A DNA stretch of 61,701 nucleotides from Octopus bimaculoides (lineage: Eukaryota), in contig NC_068987.1 of the NCBI RefSeq assembly GCF_001194135.2, forward strand, positions 44,515,669-44,577,369, in the 5' to 3' direction. Under the pieces are notes generated by a model. That model searched no databases. It had not been told where the DNA came from and saw nothing but the letters and a program-made list of their open reading frames with translations. Positions 37,962 through 50,533 of the stretch are shown in pieces. How positions within the stretch are numbered: the stretch's first letter is position 1; each line of letters begins with the position of its first letter. A program made the position numbers and the translations under genes.

Positions 37962-39461
37962 CTGGCAAAGAGAGGAAATTAAAGAAAATTCTAAAGAAAA
38001 TTTTGAAGCAATTTGAAAAAAGATAAACAAACAACCAGCCCATCTATTACCTAGCACAACAAAATACTAACATCCTCACTATCATACCGTTGGTTTCATA
38101 ACCATTTTACATGCTGGCATGTGATCAGTAAATTTTCAATAACGTCTGTCAGTCTTAATCATATAACCTCTCATTCTTGAGGTTTAACCTTTTGGTATTT
38201 GATTTGATATCATTCCCTTCATGTGATTTCTACACAATGTACTATCTACTTTCCATTTTTTGGCACTCACCTTTTGCACATTTCTGCCATTAGTAGTTCC
38301 TCTGGTACCCACCAACAAATATCATTTATGACCATCCCTATATATTGCATGTCTAAAGCATTGCAATGGCTTCTCTAGAAGACATAAAACAATTCAACTG
38401 TTCCACAGGAGTACATCAGCAAAATAATGTTGTATTTCCTACAACACATTTTCACATTTTATTTATTTATTATTATTCATTGAATTTTTAGTTCATTTTC
38501 TCAATCATTTTTATCACATGTGAGTCATATGTATTTAACTATAAGGTTGACTTTGCCTTTCATCCTTTCAGGATTGATAAAATAAGTACAAATTGAGCAC
38601 TGGGGTCAATATAAACAACATCTCCATCCCCTCAAAATTGCTGGCCTTGTGACAAAATTGAAAAGAATATTTTATGCATACTGACATTATACAGTCATTA
38701 TACATACATCTTTACTTCATTTCTCTCTGGCCTTCACACACACTATGCACTCAGTGCCCGTGTTTTGCTAGCATCATGCTTTCAGCCCATTATTTGAAGA
38801 GAAAATTAATTTGTTGCAGCAGAAATAATAAACTCCATGAATTATTTTTCACTCAGTTCTTACTCTGGCTACTTTGCTCTCAGAATGCCCTGCTCCACAA
38901 CAAATCTGGTCACCTAGGTAACAGAAAATGTTAATTACTTCTATGGAATTTTCTGGATATTTGGAAGAATTTTCTTCACACCTATTCTGATTCATACAAC
39001 ACACACTTTACCGCATACCATAGACCATTATTAGCAAACCTCTTACTGTTAGCTTCTCTCCTTCTAACTTCTTTTCTATCAACCTGATAGTTTTTTTTTC
39101 TTCTTTGTATCCCATTTTCTCCTATTCATTTTGGGCCTGTCTTTTAGCTTTTACAGCTCTATCAGCCACACCATTTCATTACCATACCCTTTTCGTCCTG
39201 GTTGAAACCTTGCTCTTGTCACAGAACTAGCCTGTAAGTCACAGTAGGTTGTCTTGTAAAAGCTCCCAGCTATCTTTTATGTTATAAGTTGCTATCTCTT
39301 CCTCCTTCTCACTATACACATCATCTAGTACTTGTATGGGCAAGATACAAATAAAGCACAAACAATGAACAACTGTGTGTACCCAAACATGTGCACTTTT
39401 ACATACAATATATGCATATAACATGTATGAATATATAACAAATCAAAAAAATATTATTTAC

Positions 39462-39620
39462 CTTGATTGTCTTTTTTCACAGGAACAATTGCAAAATGGT
39501 TTGCATCCAATGTTAACATGGATGTGGACTTATCAGACACAGAACTAAGGAAATAAAGTTTCTTGGTGTAAAGCAGAGACTGAAATGTCAAGTCAGTTCT
39601 AAATACATGTTTTGTTGACC
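39462..39620 (-). CDS. NOL11: NOL11-like exon: (W)STKHVFRTDLTFQ...TSMLTLDANHFAIVPVKKDNQ(D)
   Basis: tattttccttttgccag|...|gtaaat, 159 nt, phase 1/1. Compare human VALTALDQDHVAVLG. Confidence 0.87.
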
Positions 39621-39740
39621 CTGGCAAAAGGAAAATATATCAGTTGATAGTAATACGTCAGTTTTATATTGGATTGGTGAGATATATGTGCTCATTTGCT
39701 TTTATGTTTGTTTTTACCATGTTAGCATTATATATATATA

Positions 39741-42630
39741 TAGTGTATCCCTGTTTATTCATGGTCCGGCATTTGCAGAACTGATAATTGTTCATAGAAT
39801 CGTAAATATTGTCCGCGATTTTTTATGGCTTTTTCGTGGCAATATATATTTTTTTACACTTTTTATGGTTAAATTATTAATAACAATATGCTGTATTTGC
39901 CGGCTTACTGGACGCTCCTTCACAGTTGAAGCTTCTTCTGATTAGAATAGCCGCACATCACATCGTTTGATTGTTTAGATACAAGTACACTGTATCTTGT
40001 ATCTCTTATTCTTGCTTTCAATCAAAGCTTGCTAATTAGTACAGTAACATCTATCTATATTTCACACATACACACTCTCTCCCTCTCGTAGTGAACGTAT
40101 ATATNNNNNNNNNNNNNNNNNNNNNNNNNNNNNNNNNNNNNNNNNNNNNNNNNNNATATATCTACATATACAGTGTATCATACTAGTATTACTTGGGCTT
40201 GCAATGACAGATGAAATATATATACAACACAAGACTGAACATCAATTTTATACCAGTGCTTTTTTAAAAATCATCGCTACATTTGATCATACTCGTTGTT
40301 TATTTCAACAGGATAATTTTTAAGGTTGTTAGTCAATATAGCCTCACTGAAATTAGGTTACTTGCTGGTCCTTCTCTCTCTCTCTCTCTTTATTAAAGTA
40401 TAGATTACTGTATCTACCAGTAATACAAACTAAATTTTTCAAAATCATGATTATTTTTAATCTCTGCTCAGTTTCCTATTGGTGGTATGTGCATATTAGA
40501 TGAAAGGAAGATTTTGTAGGCTTTTTTGGGGAAAAACTGCATCCAGTAGCTACCTCAAGTATTTTGTTGAGTGCTGTGTTTTTTGTAGCATGTTATTAAA
40601 GTCTTAAGATGCCGCCCAAACACCCTACACCTTCTAAGGCTTCTGGCAGTGAACCTAAGTGCCAGAAAAAGGTTATGACGTTCCATGAGAAGGTACATTG
40701 CTGGATATGTTCCGGGAAGGTAAAGTTATGCAGCAGTAGGTAGCATATGCTACATAAAGAAGAATGAGATGGCGATCAGGACCACCACAGCAGTAAGTTT
40801 CAATGAAAGTGCCAAAAAGATAACAATAGTGAGAAATAAATACTTCATCAGAATGGAATCTGCCTTGGCATTGTGGAATAGTGACTGAAAGAAGGAAAAC
40901 ATCCCCTTGAGCAGTAACTTGATTCATGAGAAAGCGCTGAAATTATACCAGCAGTTCGACAGAGGAGATGGAGCAGAAGGCATCTAAGAACCACAACCAA
41001 GACCATTGACAGTGCTGGAGCCCAAATATTTTCAAGCCAGCAAGGGATGGTTTGATCATTTCCAGAAATGGTTTAAAATAAAGTGTTTCCCTGCATGGAG
41101 AAACAGCATCAGCCAACAAAGAAGCCAATGAGAAGTACCGAGACCTTCAGGGAGATCATCGAGGACAAGGGATAGAAGCTGGAACAAGTTTTCAATATGG
41201 ACGAGGCTGGCTTATTCTGGAAGAAGATGCCTTCCAGAATGTACATCATGAAAGATGAAGCCAGAGCCCCAGAATTTAAGGCACGGAAGGATAGAGTGAT
41301 GCTAATTATGTGTGGCTTTCACAAATAATAAAAACCTACTGCCTGTCCACTGGATGCACAACACCAAGGCCTGGATTATCAAAAGTTTAACTTTGAATTG
41401 GTTACACAACTGCTTCATCCCTCAAGCCAAAGAATGCCTCCAAAACGTATGCATGGAATTCAAGCTGTTGCTTGTTATGGATAATGCTGGTGGTCATTGT
41501 TTGGATTTGAGTCATGAGAGAGTCCAAGTCAAGTTCCTCTCTGCCAAGACCACCTCCCTCATCGAGTCTATGGATCAAGGCATGATCCACGTCTTCAAGG
41601 CACTTCACACCTGGATCTCTCCAACACTTTGTGGATGCAATGGATTCAGAAAAGAATTTTCAGTTAAAGGAGTACTGGCGTAACCTCACGATCGCAATGT
41701 GCTTGTCAGTCATCCACGCTGCTCTTAAAGACATGAAAAAGAAATCTTCATCACATGCTAGAAAAAGGTGTGGCAAGAGTGTGTCCAGGACTATGAGGGT
41801 TTCTCACCTGAAGATATTCAGCACGAGGCTGTCAACAATGCAGTGAAACTGGCAAAGGTATTTGGTAGTGGAGGTTTTGATGACACCAATGCCCACACTG
41901 AAACCCTGACAGATGAAGATTTGTTGGAGTTAACAAAGTCTGCTGACAAAGAGGAGGAAGTGCCAGATCAAGAGGAAGAGGAGGATGAGGTGGACCAGGC
42001 AGTTGAATGTCTGTCTGACCTCTTAAGGACAGCAAAGGAATTGCAAGGGTAGGTGGAAGCATGGGATCCCTATATGGCTCAGTCTCTCCAATTAAAAAAT
42101 GCCATCAATGCTGCCATGCAGACATATAAAATTCTTCTCACGACCATGAAGAAACAACGACAGCAACTGCCCATCAAAATTTTCCTCAAGCCCACCAAGA
42201 AAGCCTTGCATGAAGATATGACATCCCCTAAAACACCTGAAGAAGATGCATCACCCGAAGAGCTGTGAATCATCTTTGCCTTGCAGTCATTACTTTCATT
42301 ATTTTCATCATCATTGTCTTAAATCAATATCATCCATTATTGGTGAGTAACTGTACATTTTATTTTATTTTTTATTAAATTATTATATATATATATATAT
42401 ATATATATATNNNNNNNNNNNNNNNNNNNNNNNNNNNNNNNNNNNNNNNNNNNNNNNNNNNNNNNNNNNNNNNNNNNNNNNNNNNNNNNNNNNNNNNNNN
42501 NNNNNNNTATATATATAAACATATTTTGACATTTATAGGCATTTTTATGGACCACGTCCAATATTTGCTGTTTTTCACTATTCGCAGGCGCTCTAGGAAT
42601 GTAGCCCCTGCAAACATCAGGGCACCACTG
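39741..42630 (+). mobile_element. Decayed Tigger/pogo transposon
   Basis: MPPKHPTPSKASGSEPKCQKKVMT (CENP-B-like N-terminus), FQASKGWF, QVFNMDEAGLFWKKMP, KLLLVMDNAGGH, TTSLIESMDQGMI and an acidic C-terminus. Right TIR cagtggtgccc (reverse complement) followed by TA at 42631-42632. Left boundary uncertain. Confidence 0.85.
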
Positions 42631-43035
42631 TATATTCTTTTATTTGTTTTAATCATTTGACTACGGCCATGCTGGAGCACCGCCTTAAAGAGTTTTTAGT
42701 CAATGAAATCGACCCCAGGACTTATTCTTTGTAAGCCTAGTACTTATTCTGTCAGTCTCTTTGGCCGAACTGCTAAGTTACAGGGATGTAAATACACCAA
42801 CATCAGTTGTCAAGTGATGGTGGGAGGACAAATACAGACACACACACGACAGGCTTTTTTCAGTTTCCACTATCAGAAGACTTTGGTTGACCTGAGGCTA
42901 TAGTAGAAGGCACTTGCCCAAGGTGCCATGCAGTGGGACTGAACCCAGAACCATGTGGTTGAGAAGCAAGCTTCTTACCACTCAAATAAGCATTCCTTGG
43001 TAGCATCAATATATTCTACAAAAGTGTTTACTTAC

Positions 43036-43180
43036 AGAAAGTGTAAAAAGTCACTCTATTTTGTGTATTAACACTACAGCAACAGGTGAGTAAACTGCCT
43101 TCTGTGTCTGGAAGCATTACTGAGTTGGAATGCCACGTGCTATTTTCCAAAGAATATTGGTAAGTCCATATGGTCCACTG
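43036..43180 (-). CDS. NOL11: NOL11-like exon: QWTIWTYQYSLENSTWHSNSVMLPDTEGSLLTCCCSVNTQNRVTFYTF(W)
   Basis: cttttcattccacag|CAG...|gtaagt, 145 nt, phase 0/1. Phase fits both neighbouring exons. Confidence 0.82.
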
Positions 43181-43554
43181 CTGTGGAATGAAAAGAATGG
43201 CTGATGATATTTTTATAGAAGTATCCATACATTAGAGAGGGGAGNNNNNNNNNNNNNNNNNNNNNNNNNNNNNNNNNNNNNNNNNNNNNNNNNNNNNNAG
43301 AGAGGGAGGGAGAGAGAGAGAGGGACGGACGGAGAGAGAGAGAGAGGCAAACTGATAGGATAACAGATAGACAAATCAACTTGATACATACACTGTATAA
43401 TACATAAATATAATTACACTTAGCTTGCTACCAATTTGATTTAATCTAAAAAACACTGACAATATATATATATATATATTGATAGGAAGGACAACAAAAG
43501 AAAGAAAGAGATCTCGATATTATGTAAATAGAGCAATTTATCTGTAAAAATATG

Positions 43555-43750
43555 TGACACTTATTCGGTAGCCGTGATAAAACACCAAGTTTCAGATGCC
43601 GGGGTGGTAGCCCACGCCAACATCTCTTCAGTTATCCGGCCATTGAAAATTTCTGTGAAAAATGGCCGGATAACTGAAGAGATGTTGGCATGGGCTCCCA
43701 CCCCCATGTCCGAAACTCGGAGTTTTATCATGGCTACCGAATAAGTGTTA
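43555..43750. mobile_element. Fold-back MITE, 196 bp, almost entirely inverted repeat
   Basis: Termini tgacacttattcggtagccgtgataaaac / gttttatcatggctaccgaataagtgtta; perfect 29-bp inner stem; 16-nt loop; TA-rich flanks. Confidence 0.8.
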
Positions 43751-46288
43751 TATATATATATAATTATGTGTATTTCTTCTATCTTAATGAATAAAAATTC
43801 TTCTGATAGAATAAATGGGTACACACACACACACAATGCATGCGTGTTATATGCTTATTTTTTTTCCTAAAATTCCTAGTGGGCAATGCTAAATTTGTGA
43901 TTTATATTGTAATGGTTGTGGTGTTTTTGTTGTTTATATGACTGTAAATTACTAAGAACTGCATTGTTGGAAGGTATATATATTTCGTGAGATGTATGAT
44001 TTTTGTGGTTTCACCTGAAGAGATGAAATTCACCAGTACTGCTGGAACAACAACAAAATAATGTGTCAATTTATATTTTATATAATGCTTCAGTGAATTG
44101 ACATTGAAACAATTATAGTGTTATGCATTAAAGTGTGTTGCTCAATCCATTTTCAAACAGATATATATATATATATAATTAGGATAGCGTCATTATTTAA
44201 TGATTTATCAGTGGTCAGCATACTAACAACACCATATTTGTTAATTTATATTTAAGTATAATTATAATAAAGGGTTTCATTCACTCCACAAACATATTTG
44301 CTGCAGATTTATTCTGAGTAAATAAGCATATGGCTGAAATGGATGTTCGGGTTTTTACTTTGTATACATGTAAAATGCACGTATATACTTGTATTTGTAT
44401 GACTGTATATCTATGGTATGTATATGTATTTCTCATTTATTTACAATTCGTTTACCCAGCTGAAGATTGGAAAGCGTTTTTAATATTGCAAACCATGAAA
44501 TCTTAAGATATAGGGTTGTCCATAATATTTTATAAATCCTTTCTGTCCATTTTCCTCACATACAGCCTTGTGGTAACAGAGTAATAACTTAAGTGATATG
44601 TAGTCCATTTGGCATCTATTTCTAGCATACAGGCATTATCAATTCAGCACCCTTTATTATAATTATATTCTATAATTATACTTAAATATACACATTATAT
44701 ATATACATATATATGACAGGTTTCTCTCAGTTTCCCTCTACCAAACCCACTCACAAAGCTTCAGTTGGCCCGAGGCTATAGTAGAAGACACTTGTCTAAG
44801 GTGCCATGCATTGGGATTGAACCATGTAGTTGGGAAGCAAGCTTCTTACCACATAGCCATGCCTGCAGCTATTATTCATGTTTTAGTATAAACTCTATGA
44901 ATATTATGGAATTCTAGATATCCAATGATGTGATTGATCCTATTGTATGATAGCATTTGCTAGCCAATGCCTGTAGATGAACTTTGTAAAGTAAACTATA
45001 AGGTTTATACCAAAATTGAATTCACACACACACCATCATCACTTTTACATCTATTTTTCCATGCTGGCATGGGTTAGACAAGACTTATTAAAGCCAATTT
45101 TTCTAAAGGTTGGATGCTTTTCCTATTGCCAATCCTTACTTGTTTTTCAAGTATGGTATTTTTATTCCACGAGCCCTTATACACTGAAGCTTTTGATGTT
45201 GCTGAAATACTGGGATTTTGTTTATTGAAGAATGTAAATGGCATTGACTTTTCTCAAACAATATTAATGAAGATATGATGAACAGGCATTCATACACACA
45301 AAATACTAACACAAATATAACACATGATAAATGAATCTTGGTCAGAATTCCTGAACATGAGTTTTCAGTTGTTTGATTAACTGAAATACCAAACTTACTG
45401 AATTGGCATGTAAATGACTGAGCATTCCACAGACACATGTACCTTTAAAATAATTCACAGACCAAATCAGTGGCTTACAAATATGATGAGCTTAGACCTT
45501 TGAATCACAGAAACAATCCATCCATCTGGGTTCCACATGGTTTCCGTTTATCCAGGTTTACTCACAAGGCATAGGTTTGCCCGCCCAAGGTATAGACACT
45601 TACTCAAGATACTATGCAGCAACTGAATCTTGAACCTTGTGATTGAGAAGCAAACTTCTAAAACATATAGCCATACCAATCATTCAATCAATGCATCTGA
45701 CAGCTTGTCCATCAATCTATGTGTATGTGTGTGTGTGTGTTTGTGTGCACACGTGCAGGTTTGGCTGTGTGTTTAGCAATTTTGTTTCTCCACATGGTTT
45801 TGGGCTGAGTTCCTCTATGTGACACCTTGGGTAAGTGTCATCTCCTACTGACCAGTTGTATGAATGGATTTGGTAGACAGAAACTGAAAGAAGTTTGTTG
45901 TGTGTGTGTGTGTCTTTGTCTTGACTTTGCATGATGGCAGTAAATGAGTATCACTGTCACACAATCAGAATCATTCATTTCCAATATTGTATAGGAACAT
46001 GTCTGGCTGGGGAAGTGGAGAAGTATTTACCTTGCTTGGAAACAAGTGAGAGCTGATGACAGAAAGGGCATCTGGCCACAGAAAATTTGCCTCAATAAAC
46101 TCCATGCAAGCATTGGTCAGCTTGAAGCTAGAGTAGAAAGCACTTGCCCAAGATGACATGCAGTGGGACCAAACTCAAAACACGTGAAGGCGATGGTATT
46201 AGTAATGGTTTTCTTGGCACAAAGAACTCTATCTCTTCAAACCAAATCCCCTTCCCATTCATATCAAGCACAAAGTACACATACTTAC

Positions 46289-46486
46289 TGATTGGTTTTC
46301 TGTTATAAGAAAAAGAAATAGTTCCTGGTCATTTGAACCAGCCCAGCACCATTTCAACTTATCATTGGCAGAAAGCTGTCCTTTAAAAGATTCTGAATTG
46401 GTAAGAAGCTCAATAGAACCATTCTCATACACAAGAATTATGTGACCTGAGTTTAATGAGAATATCTGGTATATGGACTGGTTCAC
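46289..46486 (-). CDS. NOL11: NOL11-like exon: VNQSIYQIFSLNSGHIILVYENGSIELL...LFLFLITENQS
   Basis: tttaacag|...|gtaagt, 198 nt, phase 0/0. Compare human [25 protein letters not shown]...VLIFITEKHG. Confidence 0.88.
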
Positions 46487-48646
46487 CTGTTAAATTTGAA
46501 AACAAAAGGAAAATAGTAAATTAAATTTCTTTTTAAGTAGACATTAAGGGCAAACCTTTTAGAAAAATGAAGAGGGATGTAATTAGGGTAATTGTAGAAC
46601 ATTCAGTGTTTATTTTATATGACCCCACCCCACCAAAAAAAACTTCAAGGGCAAAATGAAACTTATCAGGATGTGAGGTTCAAAATTTGCTGTAGTAATT
46701 CAACCAGTTTAACATAACATCAAACAACCTTGAATGAACACATTAACACCAACATTACTTTACATTTTTTCCATACTAAAAAAAGAAAAAATCTTATAAT
46801 CGTATCAGAATCTTCCATTTGTAGCATGGAAAGTGGACGCAAAATGACAATGATGGATCAGACCCAATGTTTTATTTGTATATATTTTATTAGCCCTTGA
46901 TGATACAAAAAGACAAATACAATAGAATTTGAACATAAAACAATAGAGGATTAGTTGTGGTTAAATATCTAGTCTAACACTATAGATTCCTGTGTTCTCT
47001 CTCATCATAAAAGTAACATTACACAGTAGCTTGACCAGGTAAAAACAGCAGCTAAATTTCAATTAAATCACACAGTAACATCTTAAAAAAGGAAGGACAC
47101 ACAAGATAATATATTCTAAGATAGACTATGTTTGAAAACAGATAGAATATTTTTTTATGTATCAGGGCTAATCTAGAGTAAAACACAAATATTAAATCAT
47201 AAAACATAAATATGAAAAATAGTGTCTTTCTCAATTCCTGGATATGTTGTGAACTCCAAGACAACACATTTACACTACTTAGCCTATTTCATCTGTGCAA
47301 GTTCCTCAAGTGTTGGTAAGCTTTCAGCACAAGCTGAGTCTGGTGTGTATGTTCAATTCCTAGGTGACTTAATTTCATTTCACTCCACAGTTATATAAAG
47401 AGTTTTAACAATGATCCATTAAGTGTTACAGAAAGTTTTTATTTTTTAAACATCAATAGGTTGGTTGATTAGAAAACAGACAAGCCGAAAAGGCAGCAGT
47501 TTGTGTTGTGTGTTATGTTGTATCATGTGGTGCCTGGAACTAAGAAAACTTAATTCCCAAATGGCTTAATACATTTAGTTGTAACTAGCATACTGTAAAG
47601 CAGAAACAAGTGCCTGCTCTAAGTAATGCTAGCTCTGATTTGTTAAAATATAGCACTTGAATTCAAAGCCCTTGAAAGTATTAAGACTTTCCTGAGATAA
47701 ATGGCACAAAGACAAAAGCTTTAACAGTGTTCCTACAATTGAGAGGATTATGGAATTCACGTCATTTCAAATTGCTAGTCAAATAAAAGAGATTAGACAC
47801 TTGTGGTGTAAAAACAATGTGCTCCAATGGAAGACAACTGGGTAAGTCAGAAAAAAAGTCAGGCTCACAGTTATATCACTGGCACTGTGTTGTGCTCATA
47901 AATCAAACTGCAAATAAATACAATGAGATGGTAATGTGTGATTGATGATTATTTTGTTATGAGATAGTACTGAGATCAAATCAACAACAACACCACTATG
48001 CAGAGTGGGTCATATTTCTCAAAAATTGTCAAAGTTTGGACAGCTCCAGTACATCCAGTTAAATAGACAAGAACATGCATCAAAGGCAGATGATCAGATT
48101 GTTGAATATTGTCTAACAGACTCACCAACACTACAGACATTTCCCAGTCTGGTTGTACATTGATCTCACCAAAAGAAATAAACATCTTTCAATAATTTCA
48201 TATATATATGGCAATGAACTGGCAGAATCATTAGCACACCAGGCAAAATGCTCAGTCGCATTTCATCAGTCCTCATGTTCTGAGTTAAAATTCCACCAGT
48301 CAACTTTGTCTTTCATCTTTTCAGAGTCAATGTAATCAACTTAAGCCCTCCCCTGAAATTGCTGGCTTTGTGGCAAAATTTGAAATCAATAATTTCATGT
48401 ATAAAATTTTTTTTAGTCATTTGGTTTGTGATCACCAATTCTGTGTTTAAACTGAAAAACTGACACCTATCAGCTAAATATTGGTGATAGATAGACAGTT
48501 TAAATAATTCATTTGCAAATAGGTTAATGGTTGGCAAGATGTTTACCATTCATTGTTAGCATAGAAAAAGGAAACAGTTACAAAAGTATACATAGTTTAA
48601 AACAGAAACCTTACAGTACATTACAATACCATACACACACACTTAC

Positions 48647-48703
48647 ATGTTTTTTCTTAGCTTCTTCAAAATTCATCTCTTCAAGTGTCCATTTACGAAT
48701 TAT
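48647..48703 (-). CDS. NOL11: NOL11-like exon: IIRKWTLEEMNFEEAKKKH
   Basis: gtatctttgtag|...|gtaagt, 57 nt, phase 0/0. Compare human VLRIWNNEDVNLDKVFKAT. Confidence 0.88.
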
Positions 48704-49639
48704 CTACAAAGATACCAACACAAAAATGGTTACATACAAAAAAAAAACCCCATGTCAGTAATATGAGTGCTAAACTGAGCTCAACGATCGAGTCTTTCTC
48801 AAAAGGATTAGCAACTGAACCCTAAGACTAGCTTGTGGTTATGTTTTTCAATTAACAGGGCTGTTGATTGTATAGGTCATAATTGTTTGATGGCTTCTAT
48901 ACTGTCTTATATGTAAGTTCAAAGTTGAGTTAAAATGGTGATATAGTTTCTCATCCTATTGAAAGTAAATTAAATATAAGCAGATAATTAAATTTGTACC
49001 AAGCACCATAGAGCAAAAAACCAGCATATTGCAAAACCAAGCTTTTGACTAAGTTGCCATTACCAGTTATATCAATGTTGTTTACATTCTGCAGTTAATA
49101 TCCTTAAGAAAGTTGTTAACATCATATCTGCTGTTATTAGTAATACAGATGGTAGCAGTTACCACAGCCACTGCCATTAACACAACATATATACAATGCA
49201 GAATCTAATAAAATAAAGCTTGCATCAAAAGGTGATATTTAATCAGCATATTTTGGTGCTTGGAGATATGATTAAATTAGCTGTTGTAAAAGCGAAAAGA
49301 AAAACTTTGAAATTCTGGCATTCAACTAGAATTCAAAAGATTAAGAATTCTGATAGATATGCTACATTGTAAAGTAAGTCTTAATTTTTATGTGGCTGTT
49401 AAATAGACTGGAGTTAATTATTAATATAATGCTATTACATGATATTTTAGTTAGCAGAAATGATGTTTTGAGGTTTGGTGACAAGTACCCTCAAATCTCA
49501 AGAATCTTTCTTACGATCCTTGTAGAATTCAAGACAGAACTTTTATGCAGATCAACAATACTAAATAAAACCAGCATATTGCAATATACTCAGCCTCTTA
49601 GGTAGCATTTTGGGTGTTGTGCTAAGGGCACCAATTACC

Positions 49640-49910
49640 ACAGGAACAATTGTCATATTTGTCTTCTACAATCTCTTCATCTGTTTGGAAAGATCCTTTT
49701 ATTTTTGTTTTTATATGTTCCCTTCAAACATATCTGGTCTTCTTGCTTCAGTAGCATGGTCAGTCTTTATAGGAGAAATCCTGTAATTATTGTTCACCAT
49801 CACAGCCTCTGGCTTGTATTCATAATACTTCTTGTAATTTTAAATCCATGCACACTTTTACTGACATAGTCATACCTGCATATATATACTCTTTTTAAGA
49901 GCAATACCTG
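49640..49910 (-). mobile_element. Relic of an RLE-type non-LTR retrotransposon (R4/NeSL-like C-terminus)
   Basis: KRVYICRYDYVSKSVH (RHD-like) and YEYKPEAVMVNNNYRI..PIKTDHATEARRPD, resembling the RHD...RPD restriction-like endonuclease region. Confidence 0.6.
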
Positions 49911-50458
49911 TAAACTTTTTAGGTTCTTGTAGACAGGTAAAGTCAGTGTAACTGATGCTTGGGTTGAACTTGTGTAAATTAAAGCCAGCAGAGGTGCCAG
50001 TATTGTCATCACTGTTGGCATCATTATCATCATTTTAACATTCACTTTTTCATGTCTGCATGGGTCAGACAGAATTCACCAAGGGAAATTTTCTATAGCC
50101 AGAGGCCCTTTCTGTAAGCAACTCTCACTAGTTTCCAGACAAGCTAGTATTTCCTCATTACTAGGCATATTTTCACAGGAGACTGGAAATGAGGGACTCT
50201 GCTTGCATGATGGTAACGTTCATCATCATCATCATTTAATCCCCGTTGCTCATGCTGGCATGGGTTGGACGATTTGACCAGGGATGGTAAACTGAGGGGC
50301 TGCACCAGATTCCAGTTTGGTTTGGCGAGGTTTCAATGAGACACAAATATACAACTTCCTTCAGTTTTATCTACCAAATCCACTCAAAAGGCTTTAATAG
50401 ACTTGGAGACAACTGCCTAAAGTGCCATGTAGTGGGAATGAACCCAAAAGCATGTGGC

Positions 50459-50533
50459 TGGGAAGCAAACTGCTTAACTACAGAACTATCATAAATGGGA
50501 AGCAAACTGCTTAACTACAGAACTATCATAAAT
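50459..50533. repeat. Exact 37-bp tandem duplication at a SINE head
   Basis: gggaagcaaactgcttaactacagaactatcataaat occurs twice (50460-50496, 50497-50533). Confidence 0.9.

Noticed and set aside
39239-39424. Exon-like ORF VLDDVYSEKEEEIATYNIKDSWELLQDNLL
   Set aside because: It continues into RTE-like sequence (DSW..L.DNLL...WW) with stops, so it is a LINE fragment rather than an exon.
47976-48549. Two protein-like minus-strand ORFs between NOL11 exons
   Set aside because: No NOL11 similarity and no fitting splice-site pair; 48215-48395 is a SINE. The flanking exons already join in frame.
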